DNA of 64,000 nucleotides from Callorhinchus milii (GCF_018977255.1 NW_024704742.1:125366001-125430000), one strand, 5' to 3'. Counted from the first letter of the stretch, positions 11,737-25,105 are shown. The notes: generated by a model not told the origin, from the letters alone. Numbers and translations: made by a program.

Positions 11737-12984
11737 CTGGGGAAATAGAATCTAAAATTCTGAGTTGGAATTCTGACTTTCAGATTACGAAACTCAAAAC
11801 ACATTTTAATTTTAAAGGTAAAGTTGCTTTATAAGTAGCTTTGGGTCTTAGCTGTTGTTTCAGTTCTAAAACAAATATCAATGAATTGATTATTTATCTA
11901 TATTTGCTTTGTCAATTCAATGCAGACTCAATTCAGGCTATCCTGTTTGGCCCCCAGAAGCTTCTCATTATAGCAACCGCTAACTGTATTAAACTCTCCG
12001 GTTACCCCCACACCACAAGGCCTGGACAACACCTTGGCATTTCGTCCCACTCTCAACTCTTCTTCATTCTGATCATGTCCACTTTCCCCAACTCTGCAAC
12101 ATTGCCTGCATCTGTCACTACCTCAACGCGGCTGAAACCATCAACATTTAACTAGCCACAACGCGAGTATTACATGCACTTTTTGATTCCATTATAGAAA
12201 GGGAGCCACAGCCATGGACATAATACAGTTGAGATCCACAAAATGTTGGTTAAAATGAGAGGTTACAGTGATGTAGAAAATAATGAATATTTGGCATTTT
12301 TTCATTGGAACAGAGAAGTTTACTCGAGCAGGAATTTAATAGAGTCTTGTCCCTGGCCAACAATCCTCAAATATGAATTGGTTATTCACCTCATCAGTTT
12401 TTCTGGATTCTTGGTGCAAACGGCTATCGCGTTTGCATAAAAACATTGTCACTGCATGTGACAGTAACTACCTGTCGAAGTGCTTTCTGATGTGATAAGA
12501 TGGCATGAAAATGAAAGTTCTTTCTTCGTCAAACTGAATGGATTAGCATTTTTATAAAATACTTTCATATGTATCTGCCAAGGAAAGGCATGACCATATT
12601 AATGGGCAGATGGCCACATACTCAATGGACATGATCATTCATGTTCATACGGCTAATGGAACAATTCAGGTGGGACTGAAGGTGGAGTTGTGGAAGATAC
12701 ATCAATATTCTGGAAATTCACTCGACCTATAGCATTCCAGTGGGCAACAGGAGTGTGACCATTTTTCGGTTCACATTGGCAATCTCACTAGTAGGTCAAT
12801 TATACTGTACTTTTTTTGTGGTATTTTTTGGTCAGCTAGTGTCTGGCATGCATCAAAACTATCATTATACTTAACCCTAACTACTAAGCTCCCCACATTT
12901 TCAAGGATATTGCACTTTAGGATGCCAGTTAGGAGAGCACTGTTCTCTATGCTTGCATTTGAGTTCACTTGCAGAGAGCTCTGT

Positions 12985-13303
12985 GGAGTCCTGTAGCTCA
13001 GTGGTTAGAGTACTCGCCTTGCAAGCGAGACACCTGGGTTCAATTCCAGGCAGAGCGAAACTTTGGGCAAGTTTCCTTACTCCACACGTCTAATAATAAT
13101 CCCTCCAAAAAAAAACAATAATAAATTGGTCATTTTCAATCCACGACTGTTTGTGGGACACTGCTGTGCATAATTGGCTGCCACATTTCACCCACAAATA
13201 TACAGTCAATTCACTTTACAGCATATTCTGTGAAGGGCTTTGAAATGTCTAGAAGATGTGAAAAGCGCTATATCAAATGCAAGGATTATTATTATTATTA
13301 TTA
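12985..13303 (+). mobile_element. Young tRNA-Ala SINE, full length (short variant)
   Basis: ggagtcctgtagctcagtggttagag...gcaaggattattattattatt. Confidence 0.93.
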
Positions 13304-13721
13304 TCTGAGAGAGTCAGATAAGTACCAGTCTTGAAGATCAATTCACTTTACTGTATATCCTATGAAGCGCTTTGAGATACCCTCCAGATGTGGGAAGCAC
13401 TATTTCAAATTTAAGGGTGATGGTGATTGTTATTATCATCATTATTATTATTATCAAAGAGAAAAAGTAAATGGCTGGTATGGAAAGTGGAGAAACATCA
13501 CATTGAACTCCAAATCCAGTGCATTATTTAAAGGCTAGAGGTAAGACATAAAGATCACCTTAAGACCTATTCTCTTCAACTGCACTTTCAGTCATCTTGG
13601 ACCCCTGCCCCCCCACCACCCACACACACACCTTGGGTAGACAGTCAGCTGTGTGAAACATGTTGAAAAATTCTCCTGACACGAAAAACTCTATATCCAT
13701 GTAAATTTTTCTTTGGTGTAA

Positions 13722-13925
13722 TGGGATGTAATTTGAGGTATTCTGTAATAGGATTCCTTCATAAGGAATCTGAGTTGTGCAAATTGGGGGGAAACACGCC
13801 ACATAGTGAAAGCTCCATTCAGACATGCTCTGTGTTCAGAGTGACTTTCCGCCCAGACTGAAGGGAATTTTAATAGGACATCTTGATAAGGAATCCCATC
13901 ATAAAGAATTGCAAAGTTTATTCTT
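13722..13925. mobile_element. Ancient MITE-like element with palindromic TIRs
   Basis: taataggattccttcataaggaatc at the left end and ttgataaggaatcccatcataaagaattgc at the right end; same motif at 21880, 52020, 58379. Confidence 0.55.
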
Positions 13926-14564
13926 GATACTCATTCTTCATGACTTCATGATGTTGTGGTTAATTTAAATAATTTAATAGTTGCCCTCCTCTCCCAGTGA
14001 CTCATTTTGAATAACTTCTGTGACCTGTGAAATATCAGTAAATTGAGAAGCTTTTGTACAGGCATGTGACCAGGGTGCCCGACCATCCTGGCAGAGCACA
14101 TCCCTTATCACACAATATTATTCCTTCTCACCATCTTGCTACCTATCTCTTCATGCTTCATCGGTATCTAACTAGAATTAGTTAAAAAACGCACGTGTTG
14201 TATCAATTGTGATCTACAGTTTGTAAATGTTGCAGCTGTTTGATATGTGAAACGCACAAAATGACCTGTTGCTAATACCAAACTTTGCCGTTTTGCAATT
14301 CTGCCAAATGAAAGGGTCTGACTTTGACAAATCAGAATCAAGGTTAACTCAATGTATGCAAATATTGCAAACGACACCCTTTGTTATCCCCAGGAGAGGT
14401 TTCCAGGAACACTGTGGAGCACTGGGTATATTGTGCAGCATATCACAACCCATAAAAAAGCACATAGACCATTTTTTTGCCTAAAATAGGATTTGCACTG
14501 ACTACTCCAGTGTTAATTTACTGCATCTCTTGTGGTTCGGAGTAAGGCTTTGCCTTTGGAATCA

Positions 14565-14885
14565 TGAACCTCACCCTTGTATTCAAGTCCCTGCACTCCT
14601 CTGCACCCCTACCTCTCTGACCTCCTCTCTCCTCAAAACAGTACCCGTTGCCTTTGTTCCTCCGGGCCTGGCCTCCTCCTCGTCCCCCGAATCCTCCGCT
14701 CCACCCTCGGCGGCCGTGCCTTCAGCCACTACGCCCCGAGGCTCTGGAACTGTCTTCCTCACTACCTTCCTCACCCTCCCCCTGGCTCGCTCCTGGAATC
14801 CGTTACTGTGAAGCGCTCTGAGACGGCATCCGGCATGGAGGGCGCTATATAAATCCAAGTTGTTTTTGTTGTTGTTGTTGTTGAA
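14565..14885 (+). mobile_element. L2 3' fragment (subfamily B)
   Basis: LLLVPRILRSTLGGRAFSHYAPRLWN; tail gtgaagcgctctgagacggcatccggcatggagggcgctatataaatcc(TTG)n. Confidence 0.9.
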
Positions 14886-15080
14886 CCATTCATGAGTGAG
14901 AGAGCTGCATTATGCAGAAAAAACAAGCCCACAGACATACTGTCACTGTCACTGATATGAGGTTTTGTCTCTTACTTATCTAGCAGCCTGTCACTTCTTC
15001 CATAAATATTCTAGATGCTCCAGAATTGGCAGGATAAATTAGTTGTGGTGTTGCTATGGTAACTGCCTCTCTCCTCCCCT

Positions 15081-15102
15081 CACACACACACACACACACA
15101 CA
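15081..15102. repeat. (CA)n microsatellite
   Basis: Direct inspection. Confidence 0.95.
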
Positions 15103-15431
15103 ACTGTGACAATATTCACAGATACCATCTTGCACATTAGCAGAAAGTGAGTTATTTTATGGGTAAATATGCAGGTTCTCATCAGGTGCAAGTTAGGTCG
15201 ATTACACTGAGAGAGCAAAGGCAAAGAATGCCTCTTTGGTTCTCTGAGGGGACTTTGGGAAGTTGATATACTTGATGTTTCCTCTTGAACAGAACAGTGA
15301 TGACTTGAGAAATTACTTTGGACACCACTGACTGAAGGGTGTCAATGGCACTGAAGGTGAACACAGCATTCACCTTCATTGGCACCCAGCAGAGTGTAAT
15401 TCATGTGAGCCTGACTCCAAACCTCTCTTAC

Positions 15432-15476
15432 CTTCTCACATGAGTCATAATGCATTCACTTATTAAATCTAACTCT
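15432..15476 (-). CDS. Candidate 45-nt exon (phase 2-2, (R)ELDLISECIMTHVR)
   Basis: Acceptor atgcactgctttcag, donor AAG|gtaaga; only the phase-2 frame is open, matching the end of 18923-18950. Confidence 0.4.
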
Positions 15477-16429
15477 CTGAAAGCAGTGCATACCAGACCG
15501 ATCAATATAGCTAATGCAATGTCTGTAAATCCTGAGATGCCTCTTTATGCAGCACAACTATTGGTAACACCAATTGATAAAAATAAGCTCAGAAATGGCA
15601 TCCACTTAATACTCATGGTGTTATTTGCAGCACTTCAGAGCAAAATAAACAGTGGCATGGAAAATTAACACGTTAATCTCCACTTTTTAAAAATAGAATT
15701 GCTACTTCAATTCATAATGTGATAAAGTGGCTCATTTGTACCCAAGGAAAATACATTGGCACAAAAGAACTATATACCATGTTCTATGCCATTGTAGGAT
15801 ACACTAAATTTTGTATTAAAAATAGCATCCATTAAAAGCTATACAAAAGTATAATAGAACTTATCTTCAAATAACACATAATTAAACAGACTATAGCCAA
15901 CATTGATCTTAATTTAGCAACAACTGTAAACACACATGCTGGATGGAGTGCTTCTGAAACAAATGCTAAAATTATTCAATGTAAAAAAAATGTTTATGTG
16001 AATTATTCTTTGTTCCCGAATTAACTGGTCCAGACTATAGGACGAACACCACAAAGTTCTTATGTATATAATCCATGTAAAATATTTGTAGTTGAAGTTA
16101 AACCTCCTTGAGGAGTTACTGGGAATTACGTCTTTCTGCCTTTTGCAATTATTGCTTGCATTAGCTTAAAATATTCCCAAGTCAGGAATCGGAACATATG
16201 AAAACAGGAACCGAGGTGGCCCTTCAGCCCATCGAACCTGTTCCACCAGTTCATTAGATGTTTTTTCAAGTTTTTTCATCCGTTTAGCTCTTGTAGTTTA
16301 AAAACTGAGCTGTGTGATTTGCTACAAAGTTTGACCTTAGTTTAGAAATGCAAACAGAATTTGGACCTATGTAAATGGTTACATTTTATCATGTTAAAGT
16401 AAGTTAGTGTTATCCAGCCAATTTGTCAA

Positions 16430-16750
16430 ATAATAATAATAATCCTTGCATTTGATATAGCGCTTTTCACGTCTTCTAGATGTCTCAAAGCGCTTCACAG
16501 AATATGCTGTAAAGTGAATTGATCGTATATTTGTGGGTGAAATGCAGCAGCCAATTGCGCATAGCAGTGTCCCACAAACAGTCGTGGATTGAAAATGACC
16601 AATTTATTATTGTTTTGTTTTTGGAGGGATTATTATTAGGCGTGTGGAGTAAGGAAACTTGCCCAAGGTTTCGCCCTGCCTGGAATTGAACCCAGGTGTC
16701 TCGTTTGCAAGGCAAGTGCTCTAACCACTGAGCTACAGCTGCAGGATTCC
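16430..16750 (-). mobile_element. Young tRNA-Ala SINE, full length
   Basis: Close reverse complement of 12985-13303. Confidence 0.92.
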
Positions 16751-16751
16751 G

Positions 16752-16932
16752 ATATCACTTAATTCCAATGCTTTGCCCTTTTGGTTTACCCCCTTAATAC
16801 CTCTACTACCTAAATATCAGTCTATCTCTCTTTTAAACATTTCCATTGATTCCACATCTGCAACTTTCTGAGGCAGAGTGTTCCACATTTTCACAACCTT
16901 CTCGGTGAAGAAATGTGTCTCAAGCTCAGTTA
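16752..16932 (-). mobile_element. CR1 3' fragment (terminal part probably at about 16190-16260)
   Basis: HFFTEKVVKMWNTLPQKVADVESMEMFKREID, typical CR1 ORF2 C-terminus. Confidence 0.8.
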
Positions 16933-17751
16933 AAATAATGGTGAAGTAAGTACATGAAATGGTGAAGAGCTCTGAGACATGATAAGACGCTATACCAAAT
17001 GCTAGGATTGTTATCATTAATAAATCAGAATTGCAGCATTATCACATCACAGATAACATTTTTCACTAGTGTTAACAAATTGCAAATGAGCTATGTGATT
17101 CTTGCTAACCTAAGTTTAGAATTTCAACTTACGTAAATGGTTAAATTTTATCACATTAGGGTTAAGGTTAACTAGCCAAGATACTATCCAGAAACAGCAT
17201 CTTAAAAGCTTATTAAACTAATCTCTGCACCTATCTGGTAGTAATCATTGCTGGCATAACTGGATGAATTGTAGTACTTTCAGGGCAGGTAAGCAGTGAA
17301 AGCCAAGTAGGGTGAGATAGCAGTTGAGAGTGTAGCATTGTTTGTCTTCTGGCGCCAAGTTGTGTTTCTAAGCTTAAAGAAACCAATTGTTTTATTCAGT
17401 GTCCCGAAGAACTGACCTATTGTCAATCATTTTGTAAAAACAAAGGGATTAGTTTTATAAAACTACAACACAGAACAGCAAGTAATAAGAATAGGTAGTT
17501 GTCCAGAAAGGTTAGCGACATTGATATTGTGGTTGTTTAACAGACCTCCTTAAATTGAAGGTTAAGAATAAAAAAAAGTGGAGGGTTAGAAGATTGTTTT
17601 TACGCATGTGTTTGAAATGTGGAGTGAATGCCTTAAAACATATTGTTAAAACTGATCCTATAACATCATTTTAGTTGGAATTTAACAAATATCTTAGGAG
17701 AAATAGTTCTAAAGGGCGCTAAAGAAAAAGAACGGTGGAGAGGGATCTCAT

Positions 17752-18275
17752 GATTCCAATGCCCTCCTCGATGGTCTCCCAAGCTCCACTATCCACAAAA
17801 TATAACTAACTCAAAACTCCACCCCCTCGTATACTTATCTATTCTAAACTCCACACCCCCATCACACCAGTCCATGCCAGGCGCCACTGGTTCCCTATCA
17901 AGGAACAGATCGACTTCAAAATCCTCACACTCGTCTACATGTTCTGGAACCTCCCTACCTAGCTGACCTGCTTACTTCCTATTCCACCACCTGCTGCCTC
18001 TGCTTAGCTGGCTCCAACCTTCTGTTTGTCCCTCAACCCATCCGCTCCACTATCAGCAGCTGTGCTTTCAGCCACTAATCCCTGAAACTTCAGAACTCTC
18101 TCCCTCAATCCCTCTGCCTTGCCCCCTTCCCCATTTTCAGATCACGTCTGAAGACTTCCTCTTCGACCATGCTGACAGTCAGCTCCACCGGGCTCAGTAT
18201 CAGTCTCCACCACTCTCAAGCTCTCCGAGACGCTACTGTACATGAAGGGTGCTATATAAATTGTTGTTGTTGTTG
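17752..18275 (+). mobile_element. L2 3' fragment (subfamily B, diverged)
   Basis: cactggttccct...gacttcaaaatcctc...ttcagccac...gaagggtgctatataaattgttgttg. Confidence 0.85.
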
Positions 18276-18922
18276 AGTAGTAGTTCCAGTGGAAGAGCTA
18301 GCACCTGCAAAGCCAAATCACCTCCTTCTATAAAAGTTCCATGATTCTTCTTTAAATTATATTTTACATTAAAATAGATGATTGTCATTCTGGCTTAGTT
18401 GTTGTCAAACTAGACAATAAGAGAGTAAAATATAAGGTAATATAAGTTGGCAGAACGTATTTTACAGTATAAGCTTGTAGCGTTAGTCTTAGGTTCTTAA
18501 TATTGTAATCCTGAGCCTGCTTCACATTATTACACAGGAGAGTGAAGGATCTGTCATAATGGAGATGAAAGGCTCTACTGCTGACACCTGTATACATTTC
18601 AAAGAAATTCTCCTTCCCTTCCTCCCCCTCCTCCCTCTACCCCGCCACACACACATACACAAAGCAGGTTCTTACATAATGGTATCTAGTATTACTTAGT
18701 TGCCTGATTATATGTTGCTGCCTAATAGACAGAACTAGCTTTTAATCTGGAATCATCTCTGATATCTGGAAAACAACATATGAAAATCCAGTTGCATTCC
18801 TATTAGCCATCACTGACGTTTATTTAGATAATAAGAGAAGAATGTATACATTCCCACACTGGAATAAAAACACATACAAGTTCACTTTTACACTTGACAA
18901 GGTGAGTTGCAGATTCACTTAC

Positions 18923-18950
18923 CTTCTCAGGACTTTGTCAACTATTTCAT
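18923..18950 (-). CDS. Candidate 28-nt exon (phase 1-2, (D)EIVDKVLR)
   Basis: Very strong acceptor tttatttttcttcttcttag with upstream tgactaa, consensus donor AAG|gtaagt, only one open frame. Confidence 0.45.
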
Positions 18951-19139
18951 CTAAGAAGAAGAAAAATAAATGGATTTTAGTCAATAGTGATCAGATATCT
19001 TTAGTCAGTTGCCAGGAATCGGTCACTCCAATTAATGAATGGCTTTTCCCAATGGCAAAACAAGGGATTATCATCTTAAAATTAAAGTTAGGATAACAAC
19101 AACTTGACTGTATATTGATTACGCTATTCATGCAAGATG

Positions 19140-19545
19140 GAGGTTTTTTTTTGGTGAACTGGGACACATGCGGAAATCCTTCACCATGCTTAAGAGTATC
19201 CAAACTGAGAATTCCATGCATCCCATCTACACATGGAAATTCCAGAGATAAATTGTTGGAATGTAAATGTGCACTCTCTCCCTGGAGGGTTGCATCCTGC
19301 TTAACTAATTCCAGAAAGTATTAGGCGCAGGTTGGCAAGAGCCAAAGCTTGGAGACCCCAGAGTATGTGATTGGGTACTGTTGGAGTCTACCCAGCTAAA
19401 ACCACATAGCTTGCATTGATATCGTTGTCTGGCAAGCTTTCCCACTGCTTGTCTAGCTAGGGCCACCCTACCCATTAGAGTTTTGGCTTCCAGGGTTAAC
19501 ATGAACTGAGTGGGAGAAATCCCTGCCACCAGTGACTGTCCCACT
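19140..19545 (-). repeat. Unclassified dispersed repeat ('family X')
   Basis: Shares gggtagggtggtcctagctggacaag...gcttgccagac...ttaagcatggtga with 42120, 49018, 50815, 61275; strand set by the A-rich end. Confidence 0.8.
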
Positions 19546-19927
19546 TCCCCTTATCCCTCAACTTTGTTTTCTCTTAACCATGTGTCCAGCTCTGCATGCT
19601 GAATGGCTTCTGTCTGTTCCAGTGATCCAAGATTAGTTAAGTTAAATATCTTATCCCTCATTGCTCTAGCTTCAGTTAACAACAGCAGCTGGCTAGCATA
19701 AGTCGTTATATCAGTAGGGAGACTAACAGTGGAATAAATGACATTTGACATGACATTTTGAATGCCTCACTACCCTTCTTCTTAAAGAATCAGATTTAAC
19801 TGAGATCATCTCAATCAAGTAAATTCAAGTCTGGCAGAAATCCCAGTGAGGGGCACAACAGGTTTAAAATACGTTCTGTGTAAAACTACTGGCTCCAGGC
19901 TGGGAATTGGGACAACATTGCGATATG

Positions 19928-20355
19928 CACAACAACAACAAAATTACATTTATAGAGCGCCTTTCATGTCGGGAGGATGTCCCAAGGCGCTGGACAGTCA
20001 GGGGTCAGGACCTGAGCATGGGAGAGGGGTAGGGTAGGGGTGAGGGAAGGCAGAGAGGTGGGAGGGTGACTGAAGGCACAATCGAAGAGGAGAGTCTTGA
20101 GACCGGCCTTGAAGGAGGCAAGGGAGGAAGCGAGGTGAAGGGACCGTGGGATGGAGTTCCAGAATGTGGGCGTTGAGAGGCTGAAAGCCTGGCCACCGAT
20201 GATAGGATGGATCGGGCACGAGACATGGAGCAGGCCGGAATCCGTTGAATGGAGGGAACGGGCAGATTGGTAGGGAGTCAGCAGGTTAGAGAGGTAGGAG
20301 GGAGCTAGACCATGAATGGCCTTGAAAGTGAGGATGAGGATCTTGAATTTGAATA
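19928..20355 (-). mobile_element. L2 3' fragment (subfamily A)
   Basis: FKILILTFKAIHGLAPSYLSNLL...IGGQAFSLSTPTFWNSIP. Confidence 0.92.
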
Positions 20356-20404
20356 CAGATAATTTTATAAATAGCAGATCTTGCCAGATATGTCTCACAC
20401 ATAG

Positions 20405-20700
20405 CCAGCCCATCCTTCAGATGAGACGTTAAACTGAAGTCCTGTATGGCTGGTCAAGTGGACATTAAAGATTCCATGGCACTATTTGCTGGTGTCCTGG
20501 CCAACAATACCTTGGTTAAAATTGATCATTCACTTCATAGTTGTTTGAGGGACATTGCTATGTGCCAATTGGCTGCCGCATTCTTCTACAAATACACACT
20601 CACTACAATTTACAGTAAATCCTGTGAAGCTCATTGAGACGTCGCAACAATGTGATGAGATGCTATATCAAATGCAAAGAATATTATCATTACTATTATT
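20405..20700 (+). mobile_element. Old DeuSINE, headless
   Basis: cagatgagacgttaaactgaag...aaagattccatggcactattt...caaatgcaaag. Confidence 0.82.
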
Positions 20701-21509
20701 ATGTGATAATTCAAAAGGTGTTATTTGTCAATGATTGAAGGTAAACTGAAGTAAATGTTATAAAGTCACTTCCATCAGCCTGAGAGCAACTTATATTCGA
20801 TGCTTAACTGCAAATTGGGCACGCAAATTGTTTTTAATCCAGTAGAATTATCAATAATATGCAGGACTAGAGAATATATCACTAGCATTTTTGAACGCAT
20901 TACAAGATTTTGTCAGAATCTTAACTGGAACTTTATTCTTTATAGGTTTCTTATTTCAGTGGGGTTGGTTGATGGTACTGAGCTTGTCTTTTGGTCAGGA
21001 TTTCATTTTGTGGTGTTTTGTGGTATTTTGATATTCAGTTATTACCAGTCCCTGCGGGTCAACCAATAAACTGGTTCACATTGTTAGTTAGTGGTGTGAT
21101 GGGTCAGCAGGTTCACCATTCACCTTTGCTTGGGTGCTGAACTCAAAATGAGTTTTGTTCAGTCTCATTATTTTTGGGGGTCAATCAGATATCTGACACA
21201 CCCAGAAATCCATCACCATGCTTAAAAGTATTTCAACAAGACTGAGAGTTCCATACATGTCACAAAATTCCTATGTGTGTTGCTGCAGGCCCACCTAGTT
21301 CAGGAACCAGACTACCAAGGCTGCCACATTAGATTGACTTGATTCAGTTGATATATCATCTTTGAATTAGTTCAGATCCATGGATACACGACTCACTTCC
21401 CGTGAAATGTTGTCTTATTACTGTACAAAACTCTCCAGAAATGTAGTAGTAATTGGCACAAAACTGAGCGATGCACACAAATGGCTACTGTGGGGAAATA
21501 ATGTAGGGA

Positions 21510-21830
21510 TACATAAGGACATAAGAAATAGGAGCACGAGTAGGCCATTCGGCCCCTCGAGCTGCCCCGCCATTTAATAATATCATGGCTGATCTTCTAA
21601 CCTAATTCCATTTAACTGCCCTATCCCCATATCAGTTATTATCCCTTTAGTTTTTAAAAATCTATCGATCTCAGTCTTGAATATGTTCAATGACTGAGCA
21701 TCCACAGCCTTCTGGGGTAGAGAATTCTATAAATTCACTACCCTCTGAGTGAAGAAATGTTTTCTCAACTCAGTTCTAAAGGGCTGATCTTTAATCCTGA
21801 GACTATGACCCCTAGTTTTAGATTCTCCAT
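21510..21830 (-). mobile_element. CR1 3' end
   Basis: cataagaaataggagc..gtaggccattcggcccctcgag...catggctgatc, typical chondrichthyan CR1 3' UTR and tail. Confidence 0.88.
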
Positions 21831-21879
21831 CTCCGATGATTACTGTGCAATGGATGCTCTTCTTGGGTTGGGATAAACT

Positions 21880-22100
21880 GGAGTTTAAAACAGGATTTCA
21901 AACAATTTATCTTAACAAGGGAAACCAACCAACTAAGGGACTGCTTGCGATAACCACAGTACGTCACATACATTAAGCTGACCCCCGGGAACTCTACTGC
22001 AATTGTAAATTAAGTAGGAGAGAGTTCCCACAAGTCAGAATAATGTAGTTCAGCATTCCTTAATTCAGGAATCCTCTCTGAAATTATGGCTTTAAACTCC
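21880..22100. mobile_element. Ancient MITE-like element with palindromic TIRs
   Basis: ggagtttaaaacaggatttca / tgaaattatggctttaaactcc inverted ends; gcattccttaattcaggaatcc motif. Confidence 0.5.
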
Positions 22101-22574
22101 ATTGTTGAAGAAGATAACAAGATGCTTCACTCTGCACTTAACCTACAAAATGCATGGTTTAGAAATGCTTGACGCCTTTCAAAAATGATTAAATGCACAG
22201 CATAAAATAAAACCATTTGGAAAGGAGTCCCGTAAAGTAGAGAGGGCGAAACCTTAGGTAAGTTTCCTTACTTCACACACCTCTGTTTACTGAGCAGTAA
22301 GTTAATTACAATATATTCTGTGAAGTGCTTTGAAAGGTCTCAGCGACATGTTATAAGACACTAATAACAGATACAATATCTAATGTCTGCTCTAAGGGGA
22401 TAAACAAGAAAATAAATACTTGGTAAACTGCAGGGCTGTTTGCATTTGATCATTGGTCACCTTTCAAAAAAAGTCTCAACAGTACAGGAAAATGTTGCAA
22501 AGCATCTTGATTTTCTTAAAAGAACACAAACAATATTGCTAAACAATTATGATAAATGTCAGGTCCAAAATACA

Positions 22575-24278
22575 GGAGATAATCAAATAGAATATGGAAA
22601 GTACAGAAGAACTGAAAAAGGAAATAAGAGGGGCAAAGAGATTGTATGAGAACCGATTACCGGGTAACATAAAAGGGAACACTAAGGTAATTTATAAGCA
22701 TAGAAAGAATAAAAGCTTAGTCAAAGGTAGAATGGGGTCAATTAGGGACCAAAGAGGAAATCTTCTTGTGGAGGCAGAGGGCATGGCTGACATACTGAAT
22801 GAGTACTTTTCATCTGCCTTCACAAAAGAAGAGGATGCAGCCAATGCCACAGTATCGTAGGAGAGGGTAGAGAAATTGGATAAGATAAGAATAAACGGAG
22901 AGGAGGTACTAAAATGGTTAATGGTGCTCAAGGTAGATAAGTCACCTGATCCGGACGGGATGCATCCAAGGTTACTGAGAGAAGTAACGGTGGAAGTAGC
23001 AGAGGCTCAGAAGGAGGCCATTCAGTCCATCGTGTCTATGCTAGCTCTTTTAAAAGAGCTTTACAAATCAATCCCACTCCCCCACTCTCTCCCAATGGCC
23101 CTGCAAACTTATCCACCCCACATAAAAGACTTGTAAGCAAAATAGAAGTCCACGGTATTAAAGAGACAGTGGTAGTTTGCTTACAGAACTGGCTGGGAGA
23201 CAGAAAGTAGAGAGTAGTGAATGGTTGTTTTTGTGACTGGAGGGAAGTGTGCAGTCGTGTCCTACAGGGGTTGGTATTGGGACCACTGCTCTTTTTGATC
23301 TATATAAATGACCTGGACTTGGGTATCAGGAGTACAATAATTGGCTTTATAATAATACAATCCTATAATCCTTGCATTTGATATAGCACTTTTTCACGTC
23401 TTCTAGACGTCTCAAAGCACTTCAGAATAGACTGTAAAGTGAATTGACTGTATATTTGTGGGTGAAACGCGGCAGCCAATTGTGCACAGCAGTGTCCCAC
23501 AAACAGTTGTGGATTGAAGTGACCAATTTTTTTATTGCTTTTTTTTGAAGGATTGTTATCAGGCATGTGGAGTAAGGAAACTTGCCCAAAGTTTCGCCCT
23601 GCCGGGAACCAAACCCAGGTTTCTCGCTTGCGGGGCGAATGCTCTAACCACTGAGCTACAGGACTCCTATAAATAGGGCATCGAATACAAAAGTCAGGAA
23701 GTTATGATGAACCTTTATAAAACACTGGTTAGGCCTCAGCTAGAGTACTGTGTTCAGTTCTGGGCACCACACTTTAGGAAGGATGTCAAGGCATTGGAGA
23801 GGGTACAAGGAAATGTACCAGGATGAGGGGCTTCAATTATCAGGAGAGGCTAGAGAAGCTAGGATTATTCTCTTTGGAACAGAGAAGTTAAGAGCAGACT
23901 TACTAGAAGTTTTCAAAGCTTATGAGGGGATTTGATAGGGTGAACAAGGAGAAACTATTTCCACTGGCGGTCGATCGGTAACCCGAGGGCACCGATTTAA
24001 AATAGTTGTTAAAAGAAACAGAGGTAAGGTGAGGAGAATTTTTTTCACACAGCGAGTAGTTTGGATGTGGAATGTCTTGCTTTCAAGTGTGGTGGAAGCC
24101 GATTCAATAACAACTTTTAAAAGAGAAGTAGATAATTATTTGGGAAGGACAGGTTTGCAGGGCTCTGGGGAGAGAGCGGGGGAGTGGGATTGATTTGGAT
24201 AGCTCTTTTCAAAGAGCCGGGACAGACGTGATGGTCCGAATGGCCTCCTTCTGTGCTGTATAATTCTATGATTCTATA
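22575..24278 (+). mobile_element. 5'-truncated CR1 LINE (decayed ORF2 RT to 3' tail)
   Basis: [39 protein letters not shown] motifs; ttctatgattctat tail; internal deletions, SINE insertion, inverted 3' piece. Confidence 0.93.
23348..23667 (-). mobile_element. Young tRNA-Ala SINE nested in CR1
   Basis: Full head and tail interrupting the CR1 RT. Confidence 0.92.
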
Positions 24279-25105
24279 AATATCACAGTCCTTTTTTTAT
24301 TTTCAGGTAACTTTCCCTGTCCCCTCCAAAACTTCAACAAGATTTGCTCTTTGGTTTCATTCAGTGAGTTCAGCCTCCAAAGCATTTGACAATAGTTAGC
24401 TTGAGGACAGCCATCTGAACAGTGAAGAAAAGTCAGATCCAAAGTGTTTCTTGTGTGGAAGAGATTACTGCAGATTGGCCGTCACATTCTTGTTATTGCA
24501 TATTCCAAATGCCATCTTTGAGAGCCATACACAAAGTCTAGAGCTGAATTAGCAGCCCCTCTTTTTTTGCATCCTTACCTACCACAGAGGTTGAGTGAGG
24601 GAGGCCGGACCACAAAGCATTTGAGAGAAGAAAAGACTAGCAAAGTGTGAGAAGTGACTGGATTCAGATTATCTGACAGCCTGGAGCAGGGTCCTGACAA
24701 CCAATCAGCCAGTGTCAAGCACCACAGGGTAGTTGCGGTATCTCCAGGCATTTTGTAGAGGAAAGGAAGTGTGACAACAATTGATTTTTTAAAAAAAGGT
24801 GGAGAGCTGGGAGGTATTTGCTTGCCTTGTGAGCACAAAACAAGCAGTTGTCATGCTTCACGCAACCTATCCTGAAAAAAAACTATCTCCCAGGGCCAAC
24901 CTATCTTTAGACAGCTTCTAAGCTGGGATCACTGCCCATGGGTCACACACATCCCCTGTCTTCCTTCGTTCTGGCTGAGGCTGGATATATAATGAGTCTC
25001 ACATTACATGTGGATTAGATTTGTAGAAATCCTGTAATTCAATAGGTACCTGCCTATTCTCTTCTGGCGTCAGCTTGCCTGCGTTGTGCTGTTCTGTAGA
25101 CATAC

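Noticed and set aside
14132..14167. Candidate 36-nt minus exon IPMKHEEIGSKM
   Set aside because: Only phase 0-0 is open, which is incompatible with the neighbouring candidate exons, and the acceptor is weak.
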